Source: an uncultured delta proteobacterium (GTDB lineage: Bacteria > Desulfobacterota > Binatia > Binatales > Binataceae). Taken from it: a stretch of DNA of 64,000 nucleotides. A program made the translations under genes and the position numbers. The stretch is from positions 86,475 through 150,474 of the forward strand of contig CAWFAJ010000010.1 in NCBI GenBank assembly GCA_963813785.1. The letters run 5' to 3'. Positions 47,966 through 57,619 of this stretch are shown here, piece by piece. The notes below the pieces were generated by a model that searched no databases, was not told the DNA's origin, and was given only the letters and a program-made list of their open reading frames with translations. How positions within the stretch are numbered: position 1 is the stretch's first letter; each line of letters opens with the position of its first letter.

Positions 47966-48934
47966 ATGAGCACGCGCAAATGGAATTACACCAAGGGCCT
48001 GCACGACCTTAGCAACGGCTGCTACGCGTACCTGCAGCCCGATGGCGGATGGGGTTGGAGCAACGCGGGCCTGGTCGCAGACGGCGGCGAGTCTTTGCTG
48101 GTCGACACGCTGTTCGATCTAAAGCTCACCCGCGAGATGCTCGACACAATGCGCCGGGCAGAGCCGAATGCCGCGGCCCGCATCGGCACGCTGGTGAACA
48201 CGCACTCCAATGGCGATCACTGTTTCGGCAACGAACTGGTCAACGGCGCTGAGATCATCGCGTCGAAAGCGTGCGCCGAGGAGATGGCTCACGACGGCGG
48301 CGCCGGCCGGCTCGCCGATATGAAACGCAACGCGAGCTCGATCGGAGAGGCGGGAAAATTCTTTGCCGAGATTTTCGCGCCGTTCGACTTCGAGGGCATC
48401 AACGTCGCGATGCCGACGCGGACGTTCGAGCGCCGAATGGACCTGCGCGTCGGCAGCAAGACCATCCGTCTCATCGAAGTCGGTCCGGCACACACGCGCG
48501 GCGACGTGCTGGCGCAGGCCGTCGAGGATCGTGTCATGTACACCGGCGACATCCTGTTCATCGAGGGCCATCCGATCATATGGGCCGGGCCGGTGCGCAA
48601 CTGGATCGCGGCGTGCCAGCTCATCATCGACTCCAATGTCGATGTCATCGTTCCGGGCCACGGGCCGATCACCGACAAGAAGGGCGTCGCGGCGCTGAAA
48701 AACTATTTCGAATACATCGAGCGAGAGGCTCGACGCCGCTACGACGCGGGCATGACGGTGTTGGAGGCGGCGCGAGACATCTCGCTAGCCGATTACTCGT
48801 CCTGGGGCGATGGCGAACGCATCGTCGTGAACGTCGCATCGCTGTACCGGGAGTTTTCCGCCGGCAAAATCACGTCGAATATCGTCGAGCTGTTCGCAAT
48901 GATGGCGCAAATCCGGCGCGACCGCCGGAGTTGA
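47966..48934 (+). CDS. MBL-fold metallo-hydrolase (cyclase-like)
   Basis: WGWSNAG, VDT, THSNGDH, AHTRGD, GD, PGHG. Confidence 0.9.
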   Translation: MSTRKWNYTKGLHDLSNGCYAYLQPDGGWGWSNAGLVADGGESLLVDTLFDLKLTREMLDTMRRAEPNAAARIGTLVNTHSNGDHCFGNELVNGAEIIASKACAEEMAHDGGAGRLADMKRNASSIGEAGKFFAEIFAPFDFEGINVAMPTRTFERRMDLRVGSKTIRLIEVGPAHTRGDVLAQAVEDRVMYTGDILFIEGHPIIWAGPVRNWIAACQLIIDSNVDVIVPGHGPITDKKGVAALKNYFEYIEREARRRYDAGMTVLEAARDISLADYSSWGDGERIVVNVASLYREFSAGKITSNIVELFAMMAQIRRDRRS

Positions 48935-48977
48935 GTCGAGCGGGCCGCTCGTATCCCGATTTGCCAGGGTAGCCACG

Positions 48978-50208
48978 ATGAACGAAGCATCCTTCAACAC
49001 CGGTGACCAGGCGCAACGCAGCCGAATTGTCATCGTCCTCATGATTGACGGACTTTCAGAAGTGATGCTCGATTCAGTCGCGACTCCCAATTTTGCCAGG
49101 ATTCGGACCGAAGGCGTGTGGACCCATCATTTGACGCCGGTCTTTCCTTCGATATCCGAGCCGAATTGGGTTTCAGCTTCCACGGGCTGTTGGCCCGAGA
49201 ATCATGGTGTGGTCAGCGCCCAGTTCATCGATCCTCGGCTGGGGCTGTTCAACCATGACGTCGATGCGGACTGGCTCGCCGGAGGCGAACTCCTGCATCA
49301 GGTCGCCGAGCGCCAAGGGGTCAGGGCGGCGGCACTCGGATGGTTTGGGCGATACTCGAGGAGTCGCGGAGCGCTGGCGACCTATGTATCGCCTGAGCGG
49401 AAAGTGCCGTGGCAACTCTCGGAGTATGCCAGTGAGCCGAAACGGACGGAGTGAGATCATCCACTATCTGGAAATGCCCGAAGATCGAAGGCCGCGCCTG
49501 ATCCTCGGGTACTTCGCTCAGCCCGACGAGGTAGTTCATAGCGACGGGCTCCATTCGCAGCGGGCGCGTGCGGCGATTATCCGGGCCGACAGCGAAGTGG
49601 GCAGGCTACTGGAGGCGATCAATCGACTCCCTTACCGGGACCAGGTCACGTTGTTCGTCATGTCGGACCATGGCCATCTCCCAGTCACGCACCTCATCAA
49701 TGTGCGGCGAATCCTGAGCCGGCATGATATTCGCGCGCGCGACGTAACCACCGGTACCACGAGTTTCGTCTACTTTGACGACAAGTCGCAGGTCGATCGC
49801 GCTTACCAGATGCTCGCCACGCACCACGAGTTCGACGTACTTCGCCGGGATAATCAGCCGCAGTTCGCGCAGCTCGGGCAGAGCGATCGAGTAGGCGACC
49901 TGATTCTTTCAGCGCATCCGGGTTACTACATGGTCGATCCCGATCTCGCGCCCTGGTATCTGAAACCATTAGCGACATTTGGCCGCGACATTTATCCGAG
50001 TCCCTTTATGGGTGTCGGATTAGTGTCGGCTCATGGCTACCCTCCCGACACGCCGGGTATCCATGGGATTCTCTACGGTTGGGGGAGCGGACTGCCGCGC
50101 GGCCGTGAGATCAAGGGCGCGCGCATGATCGATGTCCATCCAACTGTGACCCGTTTCCTGGGAATCGAGCCTGGACGGATGGTCGACGGCGTGCCTCTTG
50201 AGTTTTAA
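48978..50208 (+). CDS. Alkaline phosphatase superfamily nucleotide pyrophosphatase/phosphodiesterase, split by +1 frameshift at ~49452
   Basis: IDG, PVFPSISEPNW..TG..PENHG; next frame QPDEVVH, SDHG, AHGY, IDVHPT. Confidence 0.82.
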
Positions 50209-50304
50209 ACGGCGGCCTAATGAGGGTTTGCGCGGGCTTGCATGCTATGGGCACTCGCCGTGTTGGCAGGCTCCATCATAAATGCGCTCGGGTAGAGGTA
50301 CGTC

Positions 50305-51750
50305 ATGAGTGATGATCTCGCGAAATTAGACGCCACCGCGCAGGCGGAGCTTGTCCGTCGCGGCGAAGTATTGCCGCTTGAACTGGTTCAGGCCGCAATT
50401 GAGCGGATCGAACGGCTCAACCCCAAGCTCAACGCGGTGATCCATCGCAGCTTTGAGCGCGCGATGGCACAAGCGCGCAGCGGGCCGCCCGACGGGCCGT
50501 TTCGCGGCGTACCGTTTTTGTTGAAGGACCTTGGAGGCGGAAACCTGGCAGGTGATCCAATCCACTGGGGCACTCGCGTTCTCAAAGAAGCCAACTACCG
50601 GGCTACCACGACCTCGCACCTGGTGAACAAGTTCCGCGCCGCCGGCTTGGTGATAGTCGGGCGCACGAATGTCCCCGAGCTTGGCGCATGGTCGACGACC
50701 GAGCCCGCCGCATACGGCCCCACGCGCAACCCCTGGAATCCAGAGCGCTCCTCTGGCGGATCCAGCGGCGGCGCTGCCGCTGCCACCGCAGCCGGAATCG
50801 TGCCGTTCGCACATGCCAGCGATGGGGGAGGATCGATCCGCAACCCTTCCAGCCAATGCGGCCTTATCGGTTTGAAGCCCAGCCGCGGGCGAATCTCGTT
50901 GGGACCCGACGCCGGCGAGTTCTGGGCGGGGATGGTCTTCGAGTTCGCGGTGACGCGCACGGTGCGCGATACGGCGGCCCTGCTCGATTGCGTGCAAGGC
51001 CCGATGCCGGGTGACCCGTATGGAGCGACTCCGCCTGGGCGGCCCTACCGCGAGGAGGTCGGGACGCCGCCGGGCAGGCTGCGCATCGGCCTCATGGACA
51101 GCTACCCCGGCCATGAGGTTCACCCCGATTGCAGCGAAGCGGTGCGAGCGGCCGGCCGTCTCCTCGAACGGCTGGGCCACAACGTCGAAGTATCGCACCC
51201 GGCCGCGCTGGTGGAGATGGATACGATGCAGTCCGTCCTGAAAGTGATCCCCGCATCGCAGGCACGCGAAGTAGAATGGCTCGGACAGGCAGTCGGGCGC
51301 GAGATACGTCCCGACGACCTGGACTCTGACAACTGGCTCGTCTCCGAATCAGGCAAAGGAGTCTCGGCAACGCAGTATCTGGGGGCGCTCGAAGACTATA
51401 ACCACTTCAGCCGAGCGATGTCCTCATGGTGGGCGGGCGGCTTTGATATCCTCATTACCCCGACTATCACGCGTCCTTCACCAAGGATTGGCGAGTTCGT
51501 ACCCGACCCGGCCAAACCGCTCGATGCCTTTACCCGCAGCGGCGCGATTCTCGCCTTTTGCATACCGTTCAACATCACCGGCCAGCCCGCGGTCTCCCTA
51601 CCGCTGCACTGGAACGGCGAAGGTCTTCCGATCGGAGTTCAGTGCGTCGCCGCGATGGGCCGCGAAGATCTTCTGTTCCGTCTTGCGGCGCAGCTCGAAG
51701 GCGAGGTTCGCTGGAGCGAGCGGCGGCCGCCGATCCACGCCGCAGCGTAG
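50305..51750 (+). CDS. Amidase signature family enzyme
   Basis: GVPFLLKD, GGSSGG, SDGGGSIRNP, GLKPSRG, GLPIG. Confidence 0.93.
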   Translation: MSDDLAKLDATAQAELVRRGEVLPLELVQAAIERIERLNPKLNAVIHRSFERAMAQARSGPPDGPFRGVPFLLKDLGGGNLAGDPIHWGTRVLKEANYRATTTSHLVNKFRAAGLVIVGRTNVPELGAWSTTEPAAYGPTRNPWNPERSSGGSSGGAAAATAAGIVPFAHASDGGGSIRNPSSQCGLIGLKPSRGRISLGPDAGEFWAGMVFEFAVTRTVRDTAALLDCVQGPMPGDPYGATPPGRPYREEVGTPPGRLRIGLMDSYPGHEVHPDCSEAVRAAGRLLERLGHNVEVSHPAALVEMDTMQSVLKVIPASQAREVEWLGQAVGREIRPDDLDSDNWLVSESGKGVSATQYLGALEDYNHFSRAMSSWWAGGFDILITPTITRPSPRIGEFVPDPAKPLDAFTRSGAILAFCIPFNITGQPAVSLPLHWNGEGLPIGVQCVAAMGREDLLFRLAAQLEGEVRWSERRPPIHAAA

Positions 51751-51823
51751 CGGCCAATTGACTTTACACCGCTGCAAACCGCTCGACGATGTTCGATGCG
51801 AATTTGCCGGTTTAGCCCTCGCG

Positions 51824-53269
51824 CTACCGCAGCATCAAAAGCTTCAGCATAAAATCGGCGAGCTTGCCGAAGGGCGGACGCAGCATCCACGCGCTGTTGA
51901 AGCGGCTCTGCAAAAACACGCCCTTGCGGTGCGAGAAGGTCTGGAAGCCGAACTCGCCGTGATAGGCGCCGATGCCGGAGGCGCCGATGCCGCCGAACGG
52001 CAAATCATCGACCGCGAGATGCATCAGCGTCTCGTTGACCCCCACGCCGCCTGAAGTCGTCCGGTGCAGAACTTCATCGCGCTGCTTGGGGTCCAGCCCG
52101 AAATAGTAGAGCGCCAGCGGCCGTGGCCGGCGATTGACGTACTCGATCGCATCGTCAAGCCGGTCGTAGCTTTTGATCGGCAGGATCGGACCGAAAATCT
52201 CGTCGCGCATCACGCCGAGGCCGTCTTCCGGATCGAGCACAAGGGATGGAAGGAACTTGCGCGCGCCCGGCTCCAGCGCCTCGCCAGCCGGATTAATTTC
52301 GACGACCGCGGCGCCTTTCGCCTTGGCCTCGTCGATATAGTTTGAGAGGCGGCGGTAATGGCGTTCATTGACGATACTGGTGTAGTCGGGATTTGACTCG
52401 AGGCTTGGATAGAACTTACGAACCGCGGCCTCGGCCTGCCGGACGAATTCCTCCCGCCGCGCCCTGGGCACAAGAACGTAATCCGGTGCGACGCACGTCT
52501 GACCGGCATTCATCAATTTGCCGAAGATGATGCTTTCGACCGCGGCGGGCATCGAGGCGTCGTCGCCGACGATGCACGGCGATTTGCCGCCAAGCTCCAG
52601 CGTGACCGGCGTCAGGTTCTCCGCGGCCGCGCGCATCACATTGCGGCCCACGGCGGTCGAGCCGGTATAGAAAAGATGATCGAACGGCAGCCGGGAAAAC
52701 GCCTCGCCGACCTCCGGCCCTCCTTGCACCACCGCGACCTTATCGGCGGGAAAGAGACCGGAAAGAAACTCGGCCAGGAATGCCGAGGTGCGCGGCGTCA
52801 GTTCCGACGGCTTCAGCATCACGCAATCGCCGGCCGCAATCGCCGCCGTCAGCGGCAAAATCGAAAGCTGAAACGGGTAATTCCACGGGCTGATAATGCC
52901 GACGACGCCGACCGGCTGATACATGATGCGCGCCCGTCCCGGCATCAGTTCCAGGCTGACCGAAACCCGCTTTGGCTTCATCCACTTGCCCAGATGACTG
53001 CTGGTATGGCGGATTCCTGCCAGCGTGGTCCAGATCTCGGCAAACCGGGTCTCATGCGCCGAGCGATTGCCGAAATCCGACGAGATTACCTCGGCGATCC
53101 GTCCCGTATTTTCCTTAATCGCTTGTTTGAGCTTGGCGAGGTCGGCGCGCCGCGCTTCGAGCGAGGGCGCTCCGCTGCGAACAAACGCCTCGCGCTGGCG
53201 GGCAAGGATCGCGCCGAGATCGTCTGCGCCATTCGATTGCGGGAAGTGCTGTACAGCTATGGCCGTCAT
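51824..53269 (-). CDS. calB: Coniferyl aldehyde dehydrogenase-like ALDH
   Basis: PWNYP, KPSE, TGST, LELGGKSP, NAGQTCVAPDY, EIFGP, PFGG. Confidence 0.85.
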   Translation of the reverse strand: MTAIAVQHFPQSNGADDLGAILARQREAFVRSGAPSLEARRADLAKLKQAIKENTGRIAEVISSDFGNRSAHETRFAEIWTTLAGIRHTSSHLGKWMKPKRVSVSLELMPGRARIMYQPVGVVGIISPWNYPFQLSILPLTAAIAAGDCVMLKPSELTPRTSAFLAEFLSGLFPADKVAVVQGGPEVGEAFSRLPFDHLFYTGSTAVGRNVMRAAAENLTPVTLELGGKSPCIVGDDASMPAAVESIIFGKLMNAGQTCVAPDYVLVPRARREEFVRQAEAAVRKFYPSLESNPDYTSIVNERHYRRLSNYIDEAKAKGAAVVEINPAGEALEPGARKFLPSLVLDPEDGLGVMRDEIFGPILPIKSYDRLDDAIEYVNRRPRPLALYYFGLDPKQRDEVLHRTTSGGVGVNETLMHLAVDDLPFGGIGASGIGAYHGEFGFQTFSHRKGVFLQSRFNSAWMLRPPFGKLADFMLKLLMLR

Positions 53270-53447
53270 GCTCGTGATTATCGATTTTTGCCGATTCGCA
53301 AGCGAGACCCAGAGCTTACGAGATTGCGGCGGTGAATCAGAAAGCTCCAGACTTTTCGCTGCCTTCGGATTTTTCAGTAGCTACCGCCGGTTAAAACATG
53401 AGCCGCAACTACCGACCATCGCTGCCACCCGTCATCCGGGCTGAAAT

Positions 53448-54200
53448 TCACGGGAGCGAGCGGGCGAGTTCGCGGTAGACCGCCGGATTGTAAACCAGGC
53501 CCGAGTGCGTGCCCGACACCTCGACGTTGCGCGCGCCGGTCACGATTGATGCTTGCGGCGCAACGATCGGATCCTCGCGGCTGTAGATCGAAAGCACAGT
53601 CGTCTCCGGAGCGAGCGAAGCGCGCATGTTAGCGACGAATTTGCATCCACAATCCGGGAAGCGGCATTCAGGATCGAGAATTTGGCGCGCGGTGTTGCTC
53701 GCCTGCGCGACCCTGCTCATCGTTGGATGCGCGATTTGCGGCATGTTTCCGCGCTGCGCGAACGCCGATACGAGCCCCACCGGCGATCCAAGCGTGATGA
53801 GATGTGACACCCGGCGCCCAAGCCGTACGGCCAGCGCTCGCGCAAGCAGGCCTCCGCGGCTATGACCGATCAGCACGAGAGGTCGATCGTGGCGCGGCTC
53901 CTGGCGTTCGACCCATTTCTCGATGTCTGACGTGAGCCGGTCGGGACATCCCGCGTTGACCCACAGTCCCGAGGTGCTCGCGCGAAAGCCGATGCGAGAA
54001 ATCCATCGCCGCAAGGGCCAGAGATAGAAGTCGCTGCCGAAAAGTCCGGGAATGATTACGACCAGGCGTCCGTCGCCGCGCAGCACGCCCTCGCCGCGAT
54101 AGATCGGATCCCTCAGCAGCGAGGCGATCTCTCTGAATGCGAACGCCTCGCTCGCCATCACTTGCCATCGCGATTGTTCCGCTGGCGGATGATTTTCCAT
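53448..54200 (-). CDS. Alpha/beta hydrolase (esterase/lipase)
   Basis: IPGL, GHSRGG nucleophile, TLGSP, YSREDPIV, HSGL. Confidence 0.88.
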   Translation of the reverse strand: MENHPPAEQSRWQVMASEAFAFREIASLLRDPIYRGEGVLRGDGRLVVIIPGLFGSDFYLWPLRRWISRIGFRASTSGLWVNAGCPDRLTSDIEKWVERQEPRHDRPLVLIGHSRGGLLARALAVRLGRRVSHLITLGSPVGLVSAFAQRGNMPQIAHPTMSRVAQASNTARQILDPECRFPDCGCKFVANMRASLAPETTVLSIYSREDPIVAPQASIVTGARNVEVSGTHSGLVYNPAVYRELARSLP

Positions 54201-54205
54201 TCTGG

Positions 54206-54283
54206 CTATTTCCTGCGCACGATGGTGATTCCGTCGGTGACCGGGATCATCAGGGCGTCAACGCGGGTATCGATGACCGCAGG
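54206..54283 (-). pseudogene. O-methyltransferase (caffeoyl-CoA type) 3' fragment
   Basis: VIDTRVDALMIPVTDGITIVRRK* resembles the DxRV...P..DG.T..R C-terminus; in-frame stop upstream, no start. Confidence 0.65.
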
Positions 54284-54395
54284 CTATCTCCGGCCCATCG
54301 AAACCACCAACGAATTCGCGCGGATTAAGTTTTGAGGAACCACAGATAGATCCGCGGCCCGTCGGGCGCAAGCGGTCCAGCCGTTGACTCGCTCG

Positions 54396-55598
54396 CTACA
54401 GGCTCTCAGCAGCTTTCAGGCTCAGGAGATCGTTGCAGCCGTCCTCGATCATCGAAGCGCGGGCGTCGCGCATCAGCTTCTCGATCGGGTACTCGCGGCT
54501 CAGCCCGTTGCCCCCGAAGATCTGCAGGGCGCTGCTCGCCACCTCGAAGGCCGTGTTCGTCGACGTGACCTTCGAAGCGACTGCCAAGTGCAGCTGCGAA
54601 GGCAGATTCATCGAGTTGTAGAGCGTCACCTGCCGGCTCAGTGCCCTGGCTGCCTGGACCTTCCGGAACATCTTGAACAGGCGCATCTTCACGTTCTGGT
54701 GCTGGAAGATCGGCACTCCACCCTGCACGCGTTGCTTGGCGTAGTCGATCGCGAGATCGAGCGCGGCCTGCGCCACGCCGACGAAGATCGAGCCCATCCC
54801 CCCGTTCGCGTTGGTCAGGATCATCTCGGTCGCGAACCCGTACGCATCCGGCGGGATCACCATGTATTCGGCAGGGATGCGCACGTGGTCGAAGAAGATC
54901 TCTCCCTGATTCAGCGCGCGCTGTCCGATCTTGTTCAGCGGCCTGCCCTTCGACACGCCGGGGACGTCGAGCGGCACCAGGAACCCGCCGTCGGCGCGTT
55001 TCCCGTCACCCATGTCCACGGCGCAGAACATCGCGGCCGCCTTGGCGATGGTTCCGTTCGAGACCCAGGCCGCCTTCTGTCCGCTCAGGACGAAGGAGTC
55101 GCCGTCCTTGCGCGCGATGCAGTTGGGCCGACCCGGCTGCTCGACGCCCTGTCTGTTCATGTAATAGATCAGGTCGCTGCCGTGGTCCGGCTCAGTGCCC
55201 GCCCAGCAGCCGATGCAGTCCTCGGCGCTGAAGCGCTCGATCAACTCGGGCTTGCCGGACATCTGGGCCATCATCCGCGGGAAGCCAGCGACGCCGAAGC
55301 TGATTGCCAGTCCCGAATCACCCCAGCCCAGCTCTTCGCTGATGATGCAGCGCAGTCTCGCCTGCTGTGCGGGCGTCAGGTCGCTGTTGGGAGCCGTGAA
55401 ATCGGCGAGGCCGAGCGCGCGGTATTTCTTGAACACCTCCCAGAGGATGGAGTCCTCGGCGATGACGTCCTGGGGGTCCGCCATCGCGTCGAGCGCTACG
55501 CCCGCCGGTCGCATGACCTCCGCGGCAAATCTGTGAGCCGTCTCCCGAACGGCTCGCTCTCCCTCCGTCAGCTCCACTTCGTAGTCGATGCTGGCCAT
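54396..55598 (-). CDS. Acyl-CoA dehydrogenase
   Basis: EELGWGD, TEPDHGSD, GQKAWVSN, KIGQR, RVQGG, QIFGGNG; RBS AGGAG. Confidence 0.93.
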   Translation of the reverse strand: MASIDYEVELTEGERAVRETAHRFAAEVMRPAGVALDAMADPQDVIAEDSILWEVFKKYRALGLADFTAPNSDLTPAQQARLRCIISEELGWGDSGLAISFGVAGFPRMMAQMSGKPELIERFSAEDCIGCWAGTEPDHGSDLIYYMNRQGVEQPGRPNCIARKDGDSFVLSGQKAAWVSNGTIAKAAAMFCAVDMGDGKRADGGFLVPLDVPGVSKGRPLNKIGQRALNQGEIFFDHVRIPAEYMVIPPDAYGFATEMILTNANGGMGSIFVGVAQAALDLAIDYAKQRVQGGVPIFQHQNVKMRLFKMFRKVQAARALSRQVTLYNSMNLPSQLHLAVASKVTSTNTAFEVASSALQIFGGNGLSREYPIEKLMRDARASMIEDGCNDLLSLKAAESL

Positions 55599-55974
55599 AG
55601 TACGCTCCTGAGTTGATTGGGCCTCTCGGTCCAGCTGTTCACACTCACCTTTGATGGTCGGATCGCTCTCATGAAACGCCGTCGTCACCCGTCGAGATTG
55701 CCGCTGGCGCCCACGTAGGCTTCTCTAGCGCAGACCGTGATGGAGTCCAACTCCCCGCGCTTATGGTCGCATCCGGAATGCAGGCGGCTGGAAGCCGCGC
55801 GTACCGATGTGGCTCCCGAAAACTCCGAATGCGCCGAAAAGCCCTTAGGTTTGGGATTCATCGATGCAATATCTGCGGCATGCTTATGCTCGTGCGATCG
55901 AACGTCTCTCGGCTTGTATGCCGATTGCGCAGTCGGGCGGTTGATGAAGCTGCGTTCGAGGGTTGTTCGCCGAC

Positions 55975-56034
55975 CTCAACCTCAAGCTCGATGATTGGGT
56001 GCTGCGCCCTGTAGCCAGCGGATACGCCGACATC
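55975..56034 (+). pseudogene. MlaA/VacJ lipoprotein fragment (tentative)
   Basis: LNLKLDDWVLRPVASGYADI resembles the VacJ 'N..LD..VL+PVA.GY' motif; only ~20 codons. Confidence 0.5.
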
Positions 56035-56140
56035 TGCGGCGCTGCTCAGGACGAGTAGCTGCAGACACGCGTGCACGACGTCAAGTAGCTCCGCGAGGAA
56101 CAGTGGTAAGCCTGCGCCGGATTGGTTGGCTAACCTGAGA

Positions 56141-57109
56141 TCAGGCCCTCGGTTTCAGTGCCGCGACGAAGAAATCCGCGATCGCGGGCGCCAGACGCGC
56201 GTGAACCGCTTTCCTCTCGACGCCAGCCCGATCGATAAACAGCGGCACTCCGTTCGCCGCCAATTCGGACGTGGCACAATTCAGATAGACGAAGTGGCCC
56301 TCGCCCGCATCGAGCTTGAGCAAAGAGGCGCGCGGTAGATTTGCCGCGTAGCGGCCCGCGTGATTCCCAAACGGAAGAAAATCGTTTTGCACCGAACCGA
56401 CCACGAAGACAGGCACGCGCACCGCCGCCAGCGAAGCCGTGCTGTAGCCGGGGCCGGCCGCCGGATCGAGCGCTACTATCGCCCTGACCCGCGCGTCGCG
56501 GTACGAAGCCGACGCTTGCGCAGGCGCCGGCACGGCCACGCCGGTCGATTCGCCGTACTTGCATCCCAAGTCGCCCGCCGCCGCGTCGCTATGGCAGTAT
56601 GCGGCAAGCGCGGCCGGATCGAAGGTGGCCCCGCCCAGTGCGATCGCGGTCGCACCTCCCGACGAATGCCCGATTGCGCCGATTCGCGCCGCGTCGACAC
56701 GACCCGTGAAGTCGTCGTGATCGAGGATGCGGTCGATCGCGAATGAACAATCCGGCGGACGCATCCACAGCCGCGTGACAGCGGCGGGCTCGATCGTGTC
56801 AGGTCCGTATATCCACGACTCTCCGAAGTGCGACACACCCGCGACGACGAACCCACGGCGCGCAAGGTACTCGGCAATCCATCCATAGTCGCGCGCTGCG
56901 CCCAAAGCGCCGTGCGACATCACAATCAGGGGAAACGGCGGGTCGCGCGAGTCGATGGCGCCATCGAGCGCCGCCGATCCCGTGCCGAGTCCATAGACGA
57001 TCGGCTGCTCCGCGGTATCTGCGGCGACCGGATACCAGACATCGACCCACACGGGCCGCTTGCGCGCAGAATCACGCCATTGATATTGGCGAAAACCGGC
57101 TTGGTGCAT
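56141..57109 (-). CDS. Alpha/beta hydrolase (predicted dienelactone hydrolase / PAF-AH-like)
   Basis: VWYP, MSHG, LARRGFVV, GHSSGG, DARVRA, GHF. Confidence 0.85.
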   Translation of the reverse strand: MHQAGFRQYQWRDSARKRPVWVDVWYPVAADTAEQPIVYGLGTGSAALDGAIDSRDPPFPLIVMSHGALGAARDYGWIAEYLARRGFVVAGVSHFGESWIYGPDTIEPAAVTRLWMRPPDCSFAIDRILDHDDFTGRVDAARIGAIGHSSGGATAIALGGATFDPAALAAYCHSDAAAGDLGCKYGESTGVAVPAPAQASASYRDARVRAIVALDPAAGPGYSTASLAAVRVPVFVVGSVQNDFLPFGNHAGRYAANLPRASLLKLDAGEGHFVYLNCATSELAANGVPLFIDRAGVERKAVHARLAPAIADFFVAALKPRA

Positions 57110-57145
57110 TCGAAACCCTCCCCGGACGCGATCGTTCTTTCAACC

Positions 57146-57275
57146 CGCGCCGTGGCGATGATCGGCTTGTCGGTGGTGATGCCCAGGGTCTTGATGCAGC
57201 GCCAAAGCTCGAGCTGGTTGGTGAAATCGGCGCCGGCGGAGAACTCGTTCCCGTCCGCGCCGGTCGACCGCACGC
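57146..57275 (-). pseudogene. Enoyl-CoA hydratase internal fragment
   Basis: TGADGNEFSAGADF..ELWRCIKTLGITTDKPIIA carries the crotonase FSAGAD and KPIIA motifs. Confidence 0.65.
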
Positions 57276-57344
57276 GCTGAGGGAGGCTTCGAAGGCCGCA
57301 AAGGCGGACTGCAAGTCGAGCACGACTTGTCCGCTGGACACCGA

Positions 57345-57588
57345 TTGGCGGATAGATGAACGACGGTGGCGGCGCCAACCGGCCATATGGCGACTTCGCT
57401 GCATACGCTGGGTCGCACCACAATGGTTATCGTCGCCGATTCCGTGTGCCCAATGGCGGATGTTGTCGCGCGTGGCCTCATGACACCATGGCTCGAGCGT
57501 ATCTTCTATCGGTGCGCCGATCAGTTGGCGCAAGTCCGCCTTTCTCCGTGATCAGCGAGAAGCGTTGCTGCTTTACCGGGTCCGGCAT
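57345..57588 (-). pseudogene. MaoC/FAS1-like dehydratase 5' fragment with two frameshifts
   Basis: MPDPVKQQRFSLITEKG / LRQLIGAPIEDTLEPWCHEATRDNIRHWAHGIGDDN / LWCDPAYAAKSPYGRLAPPPSF across three frames. Confidence 0.75.
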
Positions 57589-57619
57589 GCGCTGTTCGTG
57601 TTTCTGTGGCGACTTCCCG

